Shown here: positions 40,801 to 52,467 of the stretch, in pieces
Layout: each line of letters opens with the position of its first letter
Numbering within the stretch: position 1 is the stretch's first letter
Source of the DNA: Mytilus edulis
Taxonomy: Eukaryota
Reading direction: 5' to 3'
Assembly (NCBI RefSeq): GCF_963676685.1
Contig: NC_092349.1
Location: 75,392,001-75,456,000 of the forward strand
Length of the DNA stretch: 64,000 nt
Notes under the pieces: model-generated
Database searches by the model: none
Told to the model about the DNA's origin: nothing
The model's input: only the letters and a program-made list of their open reading frames with translations
Position numbers and translations under genes: made by a program

Positions 40801-43800
40801 ATTATTCCGACAATGCATCGGTAATAGTTGTGTCGATTAATTATACTTTAAAAGAGCAACTCCGTCCTCGATAATATTGGTGGTTGTCCGTTTAGATTAG
40901 TTTAATTTTTCTCTTACAGGATATTTGTATCAGTGCCTTTGGTTAATACACATGCCTATTGTAAATCTTTACCCTCGTTACCCTTCAGTTTAATTCCTCA
41001 AAAGTTTTACTCGTGTCCGTCCGTTTGTCCGTCCAAAGGTTGGCTTCAGTCCTCCAACTTTAGTTTGTCTTCACCAAATGTTATGAAACTATACACAATG
41101 CTAATTATCACACAACACATATCAAGTTTAATTTGTTTTCGGCCTCTGTGTTCGTTCTAGAGTTATGCCCCTTATCAAATAAAAAAAATGCTACATTTTT
41201 CGTTTTCGTTCTCTAACTGAAGTAAATTTATCTCAACTAAATTCTATGAAATATAAAAGCATTACTTATTAGCACAAAACTCTGACCAAGTACACATTGG
41301 GTAGTGTCAATTGTATCGTTCTTCAGTTATGCCCCTTTATAACTGTATGAGGTAGGCAATCAGGGGCATCACATGTGCCCCCATGGACACATTCTCTGTT
41401 TCTTGTTTGAAGAGTCCGGGAATTTCAATTTTATTAAATTTTCGGCACGGGTTTCCATTGTCCTTATCAGCTGTTCTAATCCACGGTTTGTTTTTATTTC
41501 TGTTGATTGACACGATTTTTGTTATCATATCTTCGATTTCCTCACTTTTGAATCAACGGACTGGAGTTCCGCCACCATTTACCAAACACATATCAGCATG
41601 ATCTGAGTTGCCATCTTTGGTCGCAGCACTTTCAACCGTAAAAATAAGCAACGCTGGCTCCTCCAACGACACATACCTTGTGTTTGATGAATTGTTCGGG
41701 TACCATGTACCCGCGAAATATAGAGACAGTACACGTGCAATTATCATAACGGTCAATCACACATACGACATGACACTTGATTTACATGTATTATGAAGTG
41801 GAACTGATTTTGTATCACGAACCAATTAAACAATTCAATTTTATCATAAACATGATGAAGCAGTTGGAACAGGGGCAGGGCGGTTTGAAAATGTTTGAGA
41901 ATTAAAACTTTTTTCAATGCTTGGGGTGCAATTATAAAAACAAACGTAAATGAATAAAATGGCAGCCGATATTCTAAAAAGTTGCTGACGCACAACAACA
42001 TACACGCATACAATCACATGTACAACAGGGATAGCAAGAAGTCCCGTGTAGAAGAGGGTCATGACTAAGTGAGATAGTAAGATATATCAGACAAAGATGT
42101 GGTTTGAAAAAAACAGTACAAACACAAGTAAAATATAAAAGATTTTGATGTGTTCTCGATAGCTTTTATTAGGTCCTTCACCATCTTTGCGAAAGTTTCA
42201 AACAATATTCATGACTATGTTGTAGTTTGTAATTCGGAATCCTCTGGAAGTTTCAGGGTTGTATTTCTATTAGAAAATCAAGAGCCCCTTTAATTTTCCT
42301 GAAATAGATTGTATGCAGTGATCCTCCGATTATGCAAATTAGATGGCAACGACCAATTGATGGAAATCTTAGAAATGTTCTTGGGCATAGAACATGTGAC
42401 TTCTTAAAAAAAGCAATCAATGGTACGATGCATTGCATCTTCACCAAGATCATCCAATCAGCTTCAATCATTAAAATCGTGGGAAATTCGTCCTCCTCGT
42501 GGCATTTCCTCCAAGTTATCCCAACTGAAGGATGGCATATGTAACTCGCGGAAGAAGAGGAGGACACATTTTGATTTACAATGGTTTTAAGTACCAAAAA
42601 AACAAAACCAGACTCGATAAAGTACATTGGAGATGCTGGCGTCCTGCATGCAGAGCCCCACTTAGAACAAATTTGATCATTTTTGATGAGGAGGAACCAA
42701 ATATAGATGTACTTCATGTGAGTGTTATCCATTTTAACTTAACAAATCAACCAATATATCTATACTTCCAAACTTTTGGTGTAAAATCTGAACTCCTTAG
42801 TCCGATTATCTAAAATATCGATTGACAAACTCATATAAAGTGCCCAGAAATATTATAATCGCCAGAGTTCGCATACCCTTTATGTACATGTATCAATCAT
42901 TGAATTCGACGTTTTAACCGTCGATAAAACATGCGCATACCAATAACAAGTTGGTTCCTTCCACTTCATTTGAAGTCCTTTTAAAAAAAAATACTCGAGT
43001 TTAAGGTGGTATTGGAGAATTAACTTAAAATGATATAACTTTTTCATATTTTGCCAAAACGTAGTATAGATTGTGATATGTTCAAAAATAGAATAAAACT
43101 GATAGGTCACTGAGTATTTACTAAGGCTACAGGTCGTGGCACAATGACAAATTTTATATGGATTATACAGGGAAAAAAATCATTATGTGATAAGAACATG
43201 TAGAAGCTAAACTGAAATATATACTTGTAAAATAAAATACGAAAAGATAGCTTTTACAAAATGCTGTCAGAATATCAAAAGAAAAGATAGTGTTACCATA
43301 TTTTTTCCGATTAAAATGGTTAAAATAAGAACTGGTAAAATTTCATCTTGAATCTTTCAGAAAACTCTTTTTTTTAAGTTACCTCCCCTTAAAGTGTCAA
43401 TCTAAAAGTATTAAAAGTCAATCAAAAATAATCTATGCACGTAAATATATTAATGTTTATAAGTTTAAATCTTATTTTGTCATTCTTTTGAATGAAAACT
43501 TACATTATTTATCGACATTTCTCCTCAAATTTTGATCATTTAATTGAAAATCTGCACCTTAGATTCTTTGTTATTTACAATAATTGGCGAAAGACAACCA
43601 TACCACCTTAACCATTTAAAACTAAATATATCAAAACGCTTTTTAAATCTTATTATAGTTAGGAATCAGATTGTTAGCCAATATATAATCAAATTTGAAG
43701 TTTATCCTCGATATTGATATACTCTGTAAATATCGTCAATATCATTTCCAAAAATAGTAACATCGAGTCAATATCGTTTTCAAACTTACAATATGATCTA

Positions 43801-46800
43801 CATATGTAATATACAAATGTAGGAGTGTTCACTCAGTAAATACGTTATATGGACCTGTAAGATTATAATGAACCTCGGACTTTGTCCTAGGTCCATATAA
43901 TCTGAACAGGTCCATATATAATAAAGTACTGACCTGACCTCGTTTGAAGTCCATAATTAGTAAATATATCGAAGGATAGATACCTGTTTGACCGAATAGT
44001 AATATGAATTAGGAAAACGAAATAAATCCACTTAAATAAACTTTTGATCTTTTTATTTATCTTACTAAATGATGCTAGGAAACATAATTTAATATTAAAA
44101 AAATCTTTCCCAGGTTGGTCAACATGATCATCCAGAGGACCAAGATTTAATTCTGAGTTCCAATATAAGACGACAAATGACGGCTGCGGTGGCGGATAAC
44201 CCTTCCCTTACAGTTCGAGAGGCATATGACGATATAGCCCATCAGATCCCTCCAGCAGAAAGGGACAATATCCCTACGTATGACAGTGTAAGATCTTCTC
44301 TTGACCGAACAAGAAGAAGATACATGCCTGAGATACCAGCATCAATAAATGACGTCGACATTCGTGGACGCTGGCGCGTTACGCTAGATGGGAACCGTTT
44401 TCTCAGTAAATTGGATAATGGATGGGGCATTGCTGTTTTTTGCACGACACAAGCACTCCGTTGTTTGGGTCAATGCAACGACATCTATATTGATGCAACA
44501 TTTAAATCTACACCAGCTCCTTACAAGCAATTTCTAACCATCCATGGATTTTATAGGGACAGAGTTATACCTCTTGTATTTGCCTTGATGACTGACAGAA
44601 ATGTGGCTAATTATCGCCAAATTTTGGGACATCTGAAGAGGCGAAACTCCCGCCTAACAAATAACCAACTTACCCCTACCAATATAATATCTGATTTCGA
44701 AACCGCTATAATGACTGCTGCTCATACAGACTTTCCAAATTCTCGTATCATGGGCTGCTTTTTTCATTTTTGTAAAAGTGTCTGGAGGCGTGTACAAAAA
44801 GAGGGACTAAGACGCTCTTACAACAGAAGTGCAAGACTAAAAAGGTGCATTCGCAAGCTGATGGCCATAGCGTACCTTCCTGTAGCAGTTGTGCGACAGA
44901 ATTTTCATTTGTTTGTGCAAGATGTAGAAACCAGAAAACTATGCAGGAGATATCATGGTTTGAGAGATCTCCTGCTCTATTTTGAGCGCAATTATCTCAA
45001 TGGTCAGTTCCAACCGGCAACATGGAATGTGTTCAACAGGGATATGGACAATCGAACCAATAATCACGTTGAGGGTAAGTGGAAAATAAAATTACGTTGA
45101 CAAAGTAACAGACAATTAACTCTGTAATTTTAAACACATAATAACATCCTTATATCAAACCCAACTTTTGTTTCGGTGCGAAGGGTAAACTGTTTTTTAC
45201 CAGTCCGTCTATCCGTCAGAACATCATTATCAGTTTTTATCTTGTCATCGTAGCCCCTTTAAAACAACTTTAAAGATTTATTTACGATTGAAGATAAGGA
45301 ATTTGATTTCTCCACTTCTATCACACGTGATTTGAGGTAAATGTGCATTATTATCTGTATTTCATAATTTTTGACAATATAGGCACACCTCCAGAAAAGC
45401 ACACCTTATAAGTCGTGTCTAAATTTACAATTGTTTTAATTTTTAACAAGAATTGTTTTTTAAAAGCATGGGTATATAACGCACACTGTTAAAGTACATC
45501 CATTTTATATCAATCAAAATCTAAAAATACCACATTGCCAATACCAATTTAGCAACCACATGCACATATATAACCTTAAATTAGTGTAGAGCGAAGCAGT
45601 CCATAGCTTTTTAGAAAGCTAAAACTTAATTAAATTCTAATAACGTCCGGATCCACTACCGGAAGCTATCTCAGCCAATCAAATAAACGTATTTCCTAAT
45701 ATGCAAATCATAAAATAATCATTGACCAATAAGTTTGCGATTAAGAAACGTGTGGAGCACATTTTTAAACGGTCGTGTTTTGTTACTAGATAGTGCAATC
45801 ATATTACGCGCGGATTCACTGAGCAGAAGAAAATCGTGTGCTGTATGGTTATTGCCCATTTTCATTTAATAATCTATACTTGTTGTGTAACATGTACGTT
45901 GTAATATGAAAACTACATTTATCTTACGATCGGAGTACCCTATTTTTGCCGGATACTTGGTGCCATGGTTTCAGGTTTATTAACACAACGTCGTTTCAGG
46001 TTTTAACCACAGGTGGAATACAACCGTTGGGAGGAAACACCCCAATACTAGTATTTGGTATTTCATAAAAAAAGTGAAAAAAGAAGAACGCAGATCGGTT
46101 CTTGGTATACAGGCAAGTAATCGCGGTGACAATCCGCCTACCCGGAGGCTTAAATGTAGACGTTTACAGGCTAGAATTGATCGATCGCAGGCCACATACA
46201 GAGCTGGCAACAGAAACATTGACCAGTACTGGAATGCAATGATTTACACTGTTGCGCAATTTCAGTAAAATCGAAAATCATTACTTGAACTTTGTTTTGT
46301 TTTGTAATTTTATTGGGAAAAAGTAAACTCTAGAATATGTATGCCCCACCCCACCTCAGAAACATATGATTGACCAACGCCTTGATATTCCTGTTTTATG
46401 CTGCAGAAAACGAAGATGTAGGATATTATAGCGTGTTATTTCGAGCTATAGGGACATTTCGGACCATACAAAACTTGAACTCTTAATGTATCACAATGAG
46501 GTTCTTTTTCATTTTATATAATTGGTTAAAATCAATCGCGACAGAAAAAGATTCAAATTGAAGGTCAATACCTATAATATGTTGGTTTTACTAATTTTAT
46601 TGTCATTTGTTTGTTCTTGTGAAATATAAAAATGAGGAGATGTTGTAATTGCTTGCCATTGAGGCAACTATCCACCAAAGTTTAACTGAAGTTGATGTAG
46701 GATATATAGGAAACCATACTGCCTTAATCAATGAGAAAAATCCATACCTTATAGTCCGTTAAAAATGCCGGGGTTAAACATGTCTAAAGGAGCCAACCCT

Positions 46801-49800
46801 CCCAAACCTGGACTGGCATATGCAGTTGTGATATAGTACAAATATAAGAACAAACTATAAAAAACACTCTATAACTAATTCCAATTCTTCACATTTAAAT
46901 AAGAAGAGGTGGTATGATTGCCAATTGTCTGTATTTAAGTTAGCAAGGAACCTTTGCATCATGTTTCCGTATATATACGGAGTTTGAAGTTAATCCATAA
47001 GAAAATAATTCTGTACATTAATAATGGTAAAAACATACACGGAAGATTTCTGTATTCATACGTTATGGAATAGACCCTTAGACGGACGTTTTTACACTGA
47101 AACCGCCTAATATTTTTTTCTAAAGTGTCGCACAAATGGGTTGTCGGATTAATGGGCTGTCGGATTAATGGGCTGTCGGACTATTGGGTTGTCGGACTAA
47201 TAGGTTGTCGGAGCAATGGGCTGTCGGATGCCATGTATTGACAGGGTATCTTCTGTTTTGTCATACAATTTGAATATTACCGTAATTAATGATAATGCAG
47301 ATCTATATATTTTTTATTGAATTATTGCATTGACTACTGTCTTCTTACAAAATTTTTGATTCTATCATCAACTGTCTGAACTGTTGTGAAGTAAATTTCC
47401 CTGAATGACCAGCACTTTCATCACAAATTAATACCATATTCATCTTTTCAAGATATGGCAGACCCACAGAATGGATAAATTTAGCAGATCAAAAAATTGT
47501 ATCATCAGTACCAGACCTCTGTTTCTTCCAAAAAGGAAAGCAGTTGGATGAACTTGTACTCTCAAAATCTCAAATTTTAGTGTCAGTTGTAGAGGTAAGT
47601 TGCTTTAGAACAAAAAATGTAAACTGCTATTCCCTTTTACAGTATGTGACACAAATTGAAAAAAATGTTCCTTATTGCATACAAATAATAAATGTGGTCA
47701 GTATTCTGTTTTTCAATATTTATAGCTTTACCTGCAAAAGGAATCACAAACCTTCCCTGTTTATTAGCTCACCTGGCTAAAAGCCAGGGTGAGCTTTTGT
47801 CATCACTTTGCGTCCGTCATCCGTCTGTAAACTTTTTCAAAAATCTTTTCCTCTGAACCCACTGGGCCAATCTGAACCAAAGTTGGTCTGAATCATCCAT
47901 AAGGTGTCTACTTTCAAAATTGTATCCGCTGACCCCTGCTCTCCAAAAATGGCAGCCATTACTATAAATAGAACATAGGGGTAAAATGCATAGAAATTTC
48001 TATAAATGGCAAAAAAGCTTAATTTTTCAGTAATATGGGTTCAAATTTGATCTGTATCCTCATCATTTAGAGTTGTTTAACATATGATACAGGTTTTTCC
48101 GAAAAATTTATACTTTTGCCAATTTTGCTAAATATGCAAATTAGGCTTATTTGACAAAAATTCAATGACAGATCTTCTCCTCTGAAACCATTTGGCCAAT
48201 TGGAACCAAACTTGATGTGGATGGTCCTTGGGTGGTCCCTTTCAAGATGGACAATTTGTGATTTCACGGTGCTTTGCAAACTGAATAATTTGCAATGTGT
48301 ATTAATATGTTTGTAAGATTGGCTTTATACATGTTATACATGTAAATGTGATTTAGCTTATAAATCCACGTTCACATCCCAAAAATGAGTTCCATTGATT
48401 TTTGTGTTAATTTTTCAGTTGCCTACAATGCTCTGGTGGTACATGTATAATAATGAATGTACTAGACACCATTGACATTTTTTTTAATAACTTTGCAAGG
48501 GCTTTTTCTTGTTCAATGATTTTGTGTTTTTAATAAAAAAAAAAAAAAAAAAGAAAGAGTTCATTCAGTAATGGACTACACTACATTTATCTGACATTTT
48601 GTCTGAACTTTTAACTAGATATTCATTGCAAAATATTTTTATGGCCCAGAGACCAAATGTTGGTGGGCGGGAATCATAATCATTAACCCTGTCTTTTCTT
48701 CTGTTATTGTATCCCTGCATCTGTCCACACTGTAAGCACTAGCAAATTTAGTTCTCATAAGAGTTGGATAAAATTTGTACATAGCCTTCTGTTCTATGAT
48801 AACTCAAGCCAGTTTGAAGATGAGTTCTGTTCGTGATATTTTGTAAGAGTTGTGCCCTTAAAGACTTTGTAAATTGGCAATATAGCCTTGTCAGCATTCA
48901 TTTTGGATTTGAATGCAATTTATACATATGCTTTAGCTCAATAATATCTCAAAAAAGTATGAAGAAGAGTCGTGATAGTAAATTTATGTAGCATTTATGT
49001 TCCTTAAACAACTTTTGAAAGTTGGAAAATAAATATTTGCAATGGGGGGGGGGGGGGGGGGGGTGTGGGGGGGGGGGGGTGTGACATTGGAGCACTGTTT
49101 TTTTATGATATAATTTTTAATAGGTGAAAAAGGATTCAAGGCAAAAGTGCGAGGAACCACCAATTAAAATCGGAAAATGCTCAGATGAAAAAGATGAAGG
49201 TTCCTGCAGACCAGAAATATTGAAGGATTTAACTGAGTCTGTGCTAGGACAGCATGCAGGAGAACTTTTGTTAGAAATTCGAAGAAAAGATCATGTAACA
49301 AAGGTAGAAAATGGAGTTAAAAAGTTTATGAAACCGGGAATGGTTGTTGATGGGACTAAGGTAATTTATTGCAGAATTAGAACATTAATAAACAAGTAAT
49401 ATACATGTAAATTAATATCCATGCCATCTATTGATGTATTAATGATATTATTGAGCATGCATGTATATTTATTAGTCCCCTACTGGCAAAGGCTCTGTGT
49501 CCATCTGTCCGTCCGTCAGATTTTAGGTTTTACAGATGTTTCCCAAACCCTTTAGGACAGCAGTTTCATATTTGTTATGTAAATAATTCAAGGGCTGTTA
49601 CAAATGAAGGTCACATTTTGTTCAGGTCTAATAATTTTTCACAGTGTTATGGCTGACGGTCCGTCTGGCAGATCCTGAGTTTTCCAGATTTTTTTAAACC
49701 CTTTGAGATGTCAGCTTCATATTTGATATGTAAATACATCATGGGCTGTTACAGTTCAAGTTTGGATTTTGCTCTTGTCCGATAATTTTTCACAGAGATA

Positions 49801-50852
49801 TGACCCTTGAACTAAAGAAAATTCATAAAATTTTAATGTTTTCCAGACTTTTTTCCCCAACCCTTTAAGAGATGAGCTTCATATTTGGTTTGTTATAGTT
49901 CAAGTTCACATTTTGTTCCAGTCTGATATTTTTTCACAGAGTTATGGCTGTCTGTCTGTCTGATTTAAAGTTTTGCAGACTTTTTTCCCAAACCCTTTTA
50001 AATATCGGCTTCATATTTGGTGTGTAAATACATCATGGACTGTTACAGTTCAAGTTCCCATTTTGTTCCAGTCTGATAAGTCAAGGCCCTTGAACTTCTT
50101 TCTGTCTGATAAAATGATTTTTTTTGCAGCGACACATAGGGATCACTCTCCGTCATCTTGCGTCTGCGTCATACTACTGTAGATTCATTTTTATTTGTGG
50201 TATACCAATTTCTGGTTATGTTGTGCAATTCTAGTATAGTGTTGATTTGCGAAAATATGTGCAATGTGGGGGACATTGGAACTCTGTTCTTTTATAAAAT
50301 TTAATTTGACAGCATTCTAATTCCACAAACATGACAAATTGAAATATAATATACATATGATGTCAAGTTTAACTTGTCATACGGCCACAGAAATACAGTA
50401 TATCATACAAATCTCTAAGCATGTGACAACCATACAATATATTTCTCCCCCCGGATTTCTGAAACATCTGAGATACAAGGTTAATACAAAGTAATTATAT
50501 ATTCCTGTGGTTGTTTTCAAGAATTTTTTAGTCAGCGTAGGAATACAGCCTTACAGGATCTCTTAAACCTCTACCTATTTTACCATAACTAGCTACTTTT
50601 GTTTTCTGAAACAGGTTTGTGAGGAGACATCAGGTTCTGAGAAACATTATTATTTTTATTTTTCAGGTTTATTTCACAATTCTTAAAATGTCTGATAACC
50701 ATATAGAAGAACTTGAAAAGAAGAAGAAATATGATGACAGTATGGATGAGGCAATTATTTATTATGCAAAACCGTTGGACCTTATTTTTAAAGAAGATCG
50801 GGACATTTTGATAGACAGCTTTATGATGTTAAATAACATTGAGTTCAGTTAA
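37868..50852 (+). CDS. Intact 5-exon gene, 420 aa, putative nuclear PD-(D/E)xK (restriction-endonuclease-fold) protein
   Basis: Exons 37868-38406, 39336-39494, 47453-47594, 49124-49360, 50667-50852; all GT-AG, phases 2,2,0,0 match, 1263 nt open. Acidic/Ser N-terminus, KRRR NLS, then VPDLCF...VSVVEVKK...VLGQHAGELLLE...GMVVDGTKVYF. Gene structure is seen directly; nuclease call is motif inference. Confidence 0.8.
38590..39075 (+). mobile_element. hAT-type transposon remnant (N-terminal TTF-like zinc finger) in intron 1
   Basis: WERERPWL...VMVCSACK...NSFVTWC...AIKHERSNNH resembles the W..PWL / CxxC / H..S..H finger of hAT/ZNF862-like transposases. Confidence 0.55.
39520..40370. repeat. Helentron/HINE-type non-autonomous element with ~180-bp tandem repeats
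   Basis: GTCC-type microsatellite head (cgtccgtcgtctgtccg) followed by three or more units of atgttgcattatcatcagtacatctcagtttcatgc. Confidence 0.7.
42532..46268 (+). CDS. FLYWCH-MULE DDE transposase, 3 exons, 471 aa, apparently intact
   Basis: Exons 42532-42717, 44114-45074, 46000-46268 (phases 0 and 1). FLYWCH: LIYNGFKY..WRC...C..|..HDH; catalytic YIDATF, ISDFE, CFFH, RTNNHVEGFN, HP..W.FI. Confidence 0.92.
43005..43607. mobile_element. TTAA-flanked MITE (Kolobok-like) in transposase intron 1
   Basis: TTAA|GGTGGTAT ... ATACCACC|TTAA. Confidence 0.7.
47760..48260. repeat. Helentron/HINE-type non-autonomous element fragment
   Basis: ttagctcacctgg..ccagggtgagct terminal hairpin, gtccgtc microsatellite, repeated tcttctcctctgaaacc unit. 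Confidence 0.7.
49470..50290. repeat. Helentron/HINE-type element with internal tandem repeats
   Basis: tctgtccgtccgtc head; repeated aaaccctt..gcttcatatttg..ggctgttacagttcaagtt units; end gcaatgtggggacattgg. Confidence 0.65.
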
Positions 50853-51789
50853 TGCCATAATCCGCAAATTTACAAGCTTCTTCCACCAGTAAAACTGGTC
50901 GCCATGATATAACTGAATCAAAGCTTTACAGGCTGTAAAAGCAATTGCTGCCATGTTAATGTTTTGGGGACTTTTTTTTATCATTGACAATGTTACATGC
51001 ACATTTGGAGATCAGTTTTATATTTATTATACAATATAAATTGAATTAATATATTAAGTACAGATTTTAGAATTATCTAATAATTTGTAAATTTTATTAA
51101 ATTAAAGCAACTGAAAGCATTTCATTAATGAAGTATTTGATCAAAATTTGTAAGATTTGATTGACACCAAAGTCTTAAGACATTATTGTTGGCCTTCCTA
51201 TCATAAGTCGCACAAAGATTTAAAGAAGGTGTGCTATAGTTATATATACATATTTAATAATCTGTGTTTCAATGTACCACAATATCAATATGTGCGCTAT
51301 GTCGTATAATCCTGTAAACAGAAAAGCAATAGCACTCTACTATATTTATATAGATATGCAAATTAATTACATCGCCATTTCCACACACCTGTATACAAAA
51401 TGTAAACATATCAGTTTGATCTATTTATTTTATACCTGTTTTTATATACAGATAATTATCCTTTTTTAGTTGTAGCCTCAAAAGTTTCCATTCATGTATT
51501 AATTATGTCTTCATTTTTTTTAATTATTTGCATCAAGATCTCCGTGTCCTGCTAAATATCTGTATAATTAAAGTCAAGCCCCGTAAACAAAATAGTTGTA
51601 ATATCTGTACTGTTATCATAAGCATGCGAAAGTATTTGATAATAATCTCCCGTTGTTTTTGCTACTCGTTTATTAATGTTTTTATTTCTGAAAAGTGTTT
51701 TAAAAATATAAAATTAACGAAAAATAAATTCAATACTCACCAATTTAGAAAGATATATATTACATCCATCACATTTATATACTTCTATA

Positions 51790-52143
51790 AATAAATTTGG
51801 TGTATTTACTGTCTTCTGATTGGTTAAAATTATTAGTTTTATTTTCAATGTTGTCAATTTTGATGGCGACACGCCCACTCTGACGTTGTGTATTCATACG
51901 CCAACATGTGTGTATGTTGTTATTGTGAATATAAATAATATAAAAAGTTCTTTGAGCCTTATTTTTTATAGAAATTTATTTATAATGAATGGCAATAATT
52001 TATTTTGATTTTATTGAACCATAAAACTAATTTTTGACTCTTCACATTTTACATAATCCGCTTCGCGGATTATTCAATGTGAAGAGTCAAAAATTAGTTT
52101 TATGGTTCAATAAATTCAAAATAGATAATAGCCATTCATTAAA
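51790..52143. mobile_element. Palindromic non-autonomous element (Crypton-like architecture) in the LINE spacer
   Basis: ctgattggtt head; ~75-bp-arm near-perfect palindrome 51983-52141 centred on ccgc-ttc-gcgg. Family assignment is tentative. Confidence 0.55.
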
Positions 52144-52467
52144 TGTACGGTATATTAGTCTATTTAAAGTTAATCCTCGTGCGAATTAATCGTTTTACAT
52201 GTGAAGGTCAATATATTTTACCAGCTAACAATTCTAAATATAGAAATAGGTGGAAACCTATTAAAGTCGGTCAATATGAAATTATAACTATGTGTGTAAA
52301 TGTAATTATACTTAGTCTAGCAACTCATACAGTCAAAGCTAAAACTGTCATTAGAGATGCACATATGATTGTATTTTTATCTCTAAATTCTGTATATATT
52401 TGTATGTATATTCTGCTTTTTATATTTGAAATACATGTATCGAATACTTTTTTAAAAACAAACCAAG

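Larger units (their letters stand above)
40647..47232 (+). mobile_element. MULE (Mutator-like) DNA transposon, ~6.6 kb, in intron 2 of the nuclease-like gene
   Basis: Termini are inverted arrays of a 16-bp unit (ccgacagcccattatt at 40647-40811; aatgggctgtcgga at ~47125-47232) enclosing a MULE transposase; no clean TSD seen. Confidence 0.85.
35669..51240. mobile_element. ~15.5-kb DNA insert in the LINE inter-ORF spacer carrying a nuclease-like gene (boundaries approximate; Helitron-like ends possible)
   Basis: Intron-containing gene and dispersed repeats lie between ORF1 and ORF2 of a TSD-bounded LINE; candidate ends A|CTAGTATAAAC (35669) and GTGCTATAGT|T (51240); no TIR or TSD seen. Confidence 0.55.

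Noticed and set aside
40647-40811. 16-bp repeat array and ORF 40605-40874 as CRISPR or repeat protein
   Set aside because: No unique spacers; mirrored at 47125-47232, so it is a transposon terminus.
42253-42732. 159-aa minus-strand ORF as a standalone gene
   Set aside because: Its 5' half is antisense to the FLYWCH exon and it has no recognisable domain.
39336-46268. In-frame nuclease-transposase fusion by splicing
   Set aside because: Host exon 2 ends in phase 2 while the MULE acceptors are phase 0 and 1.
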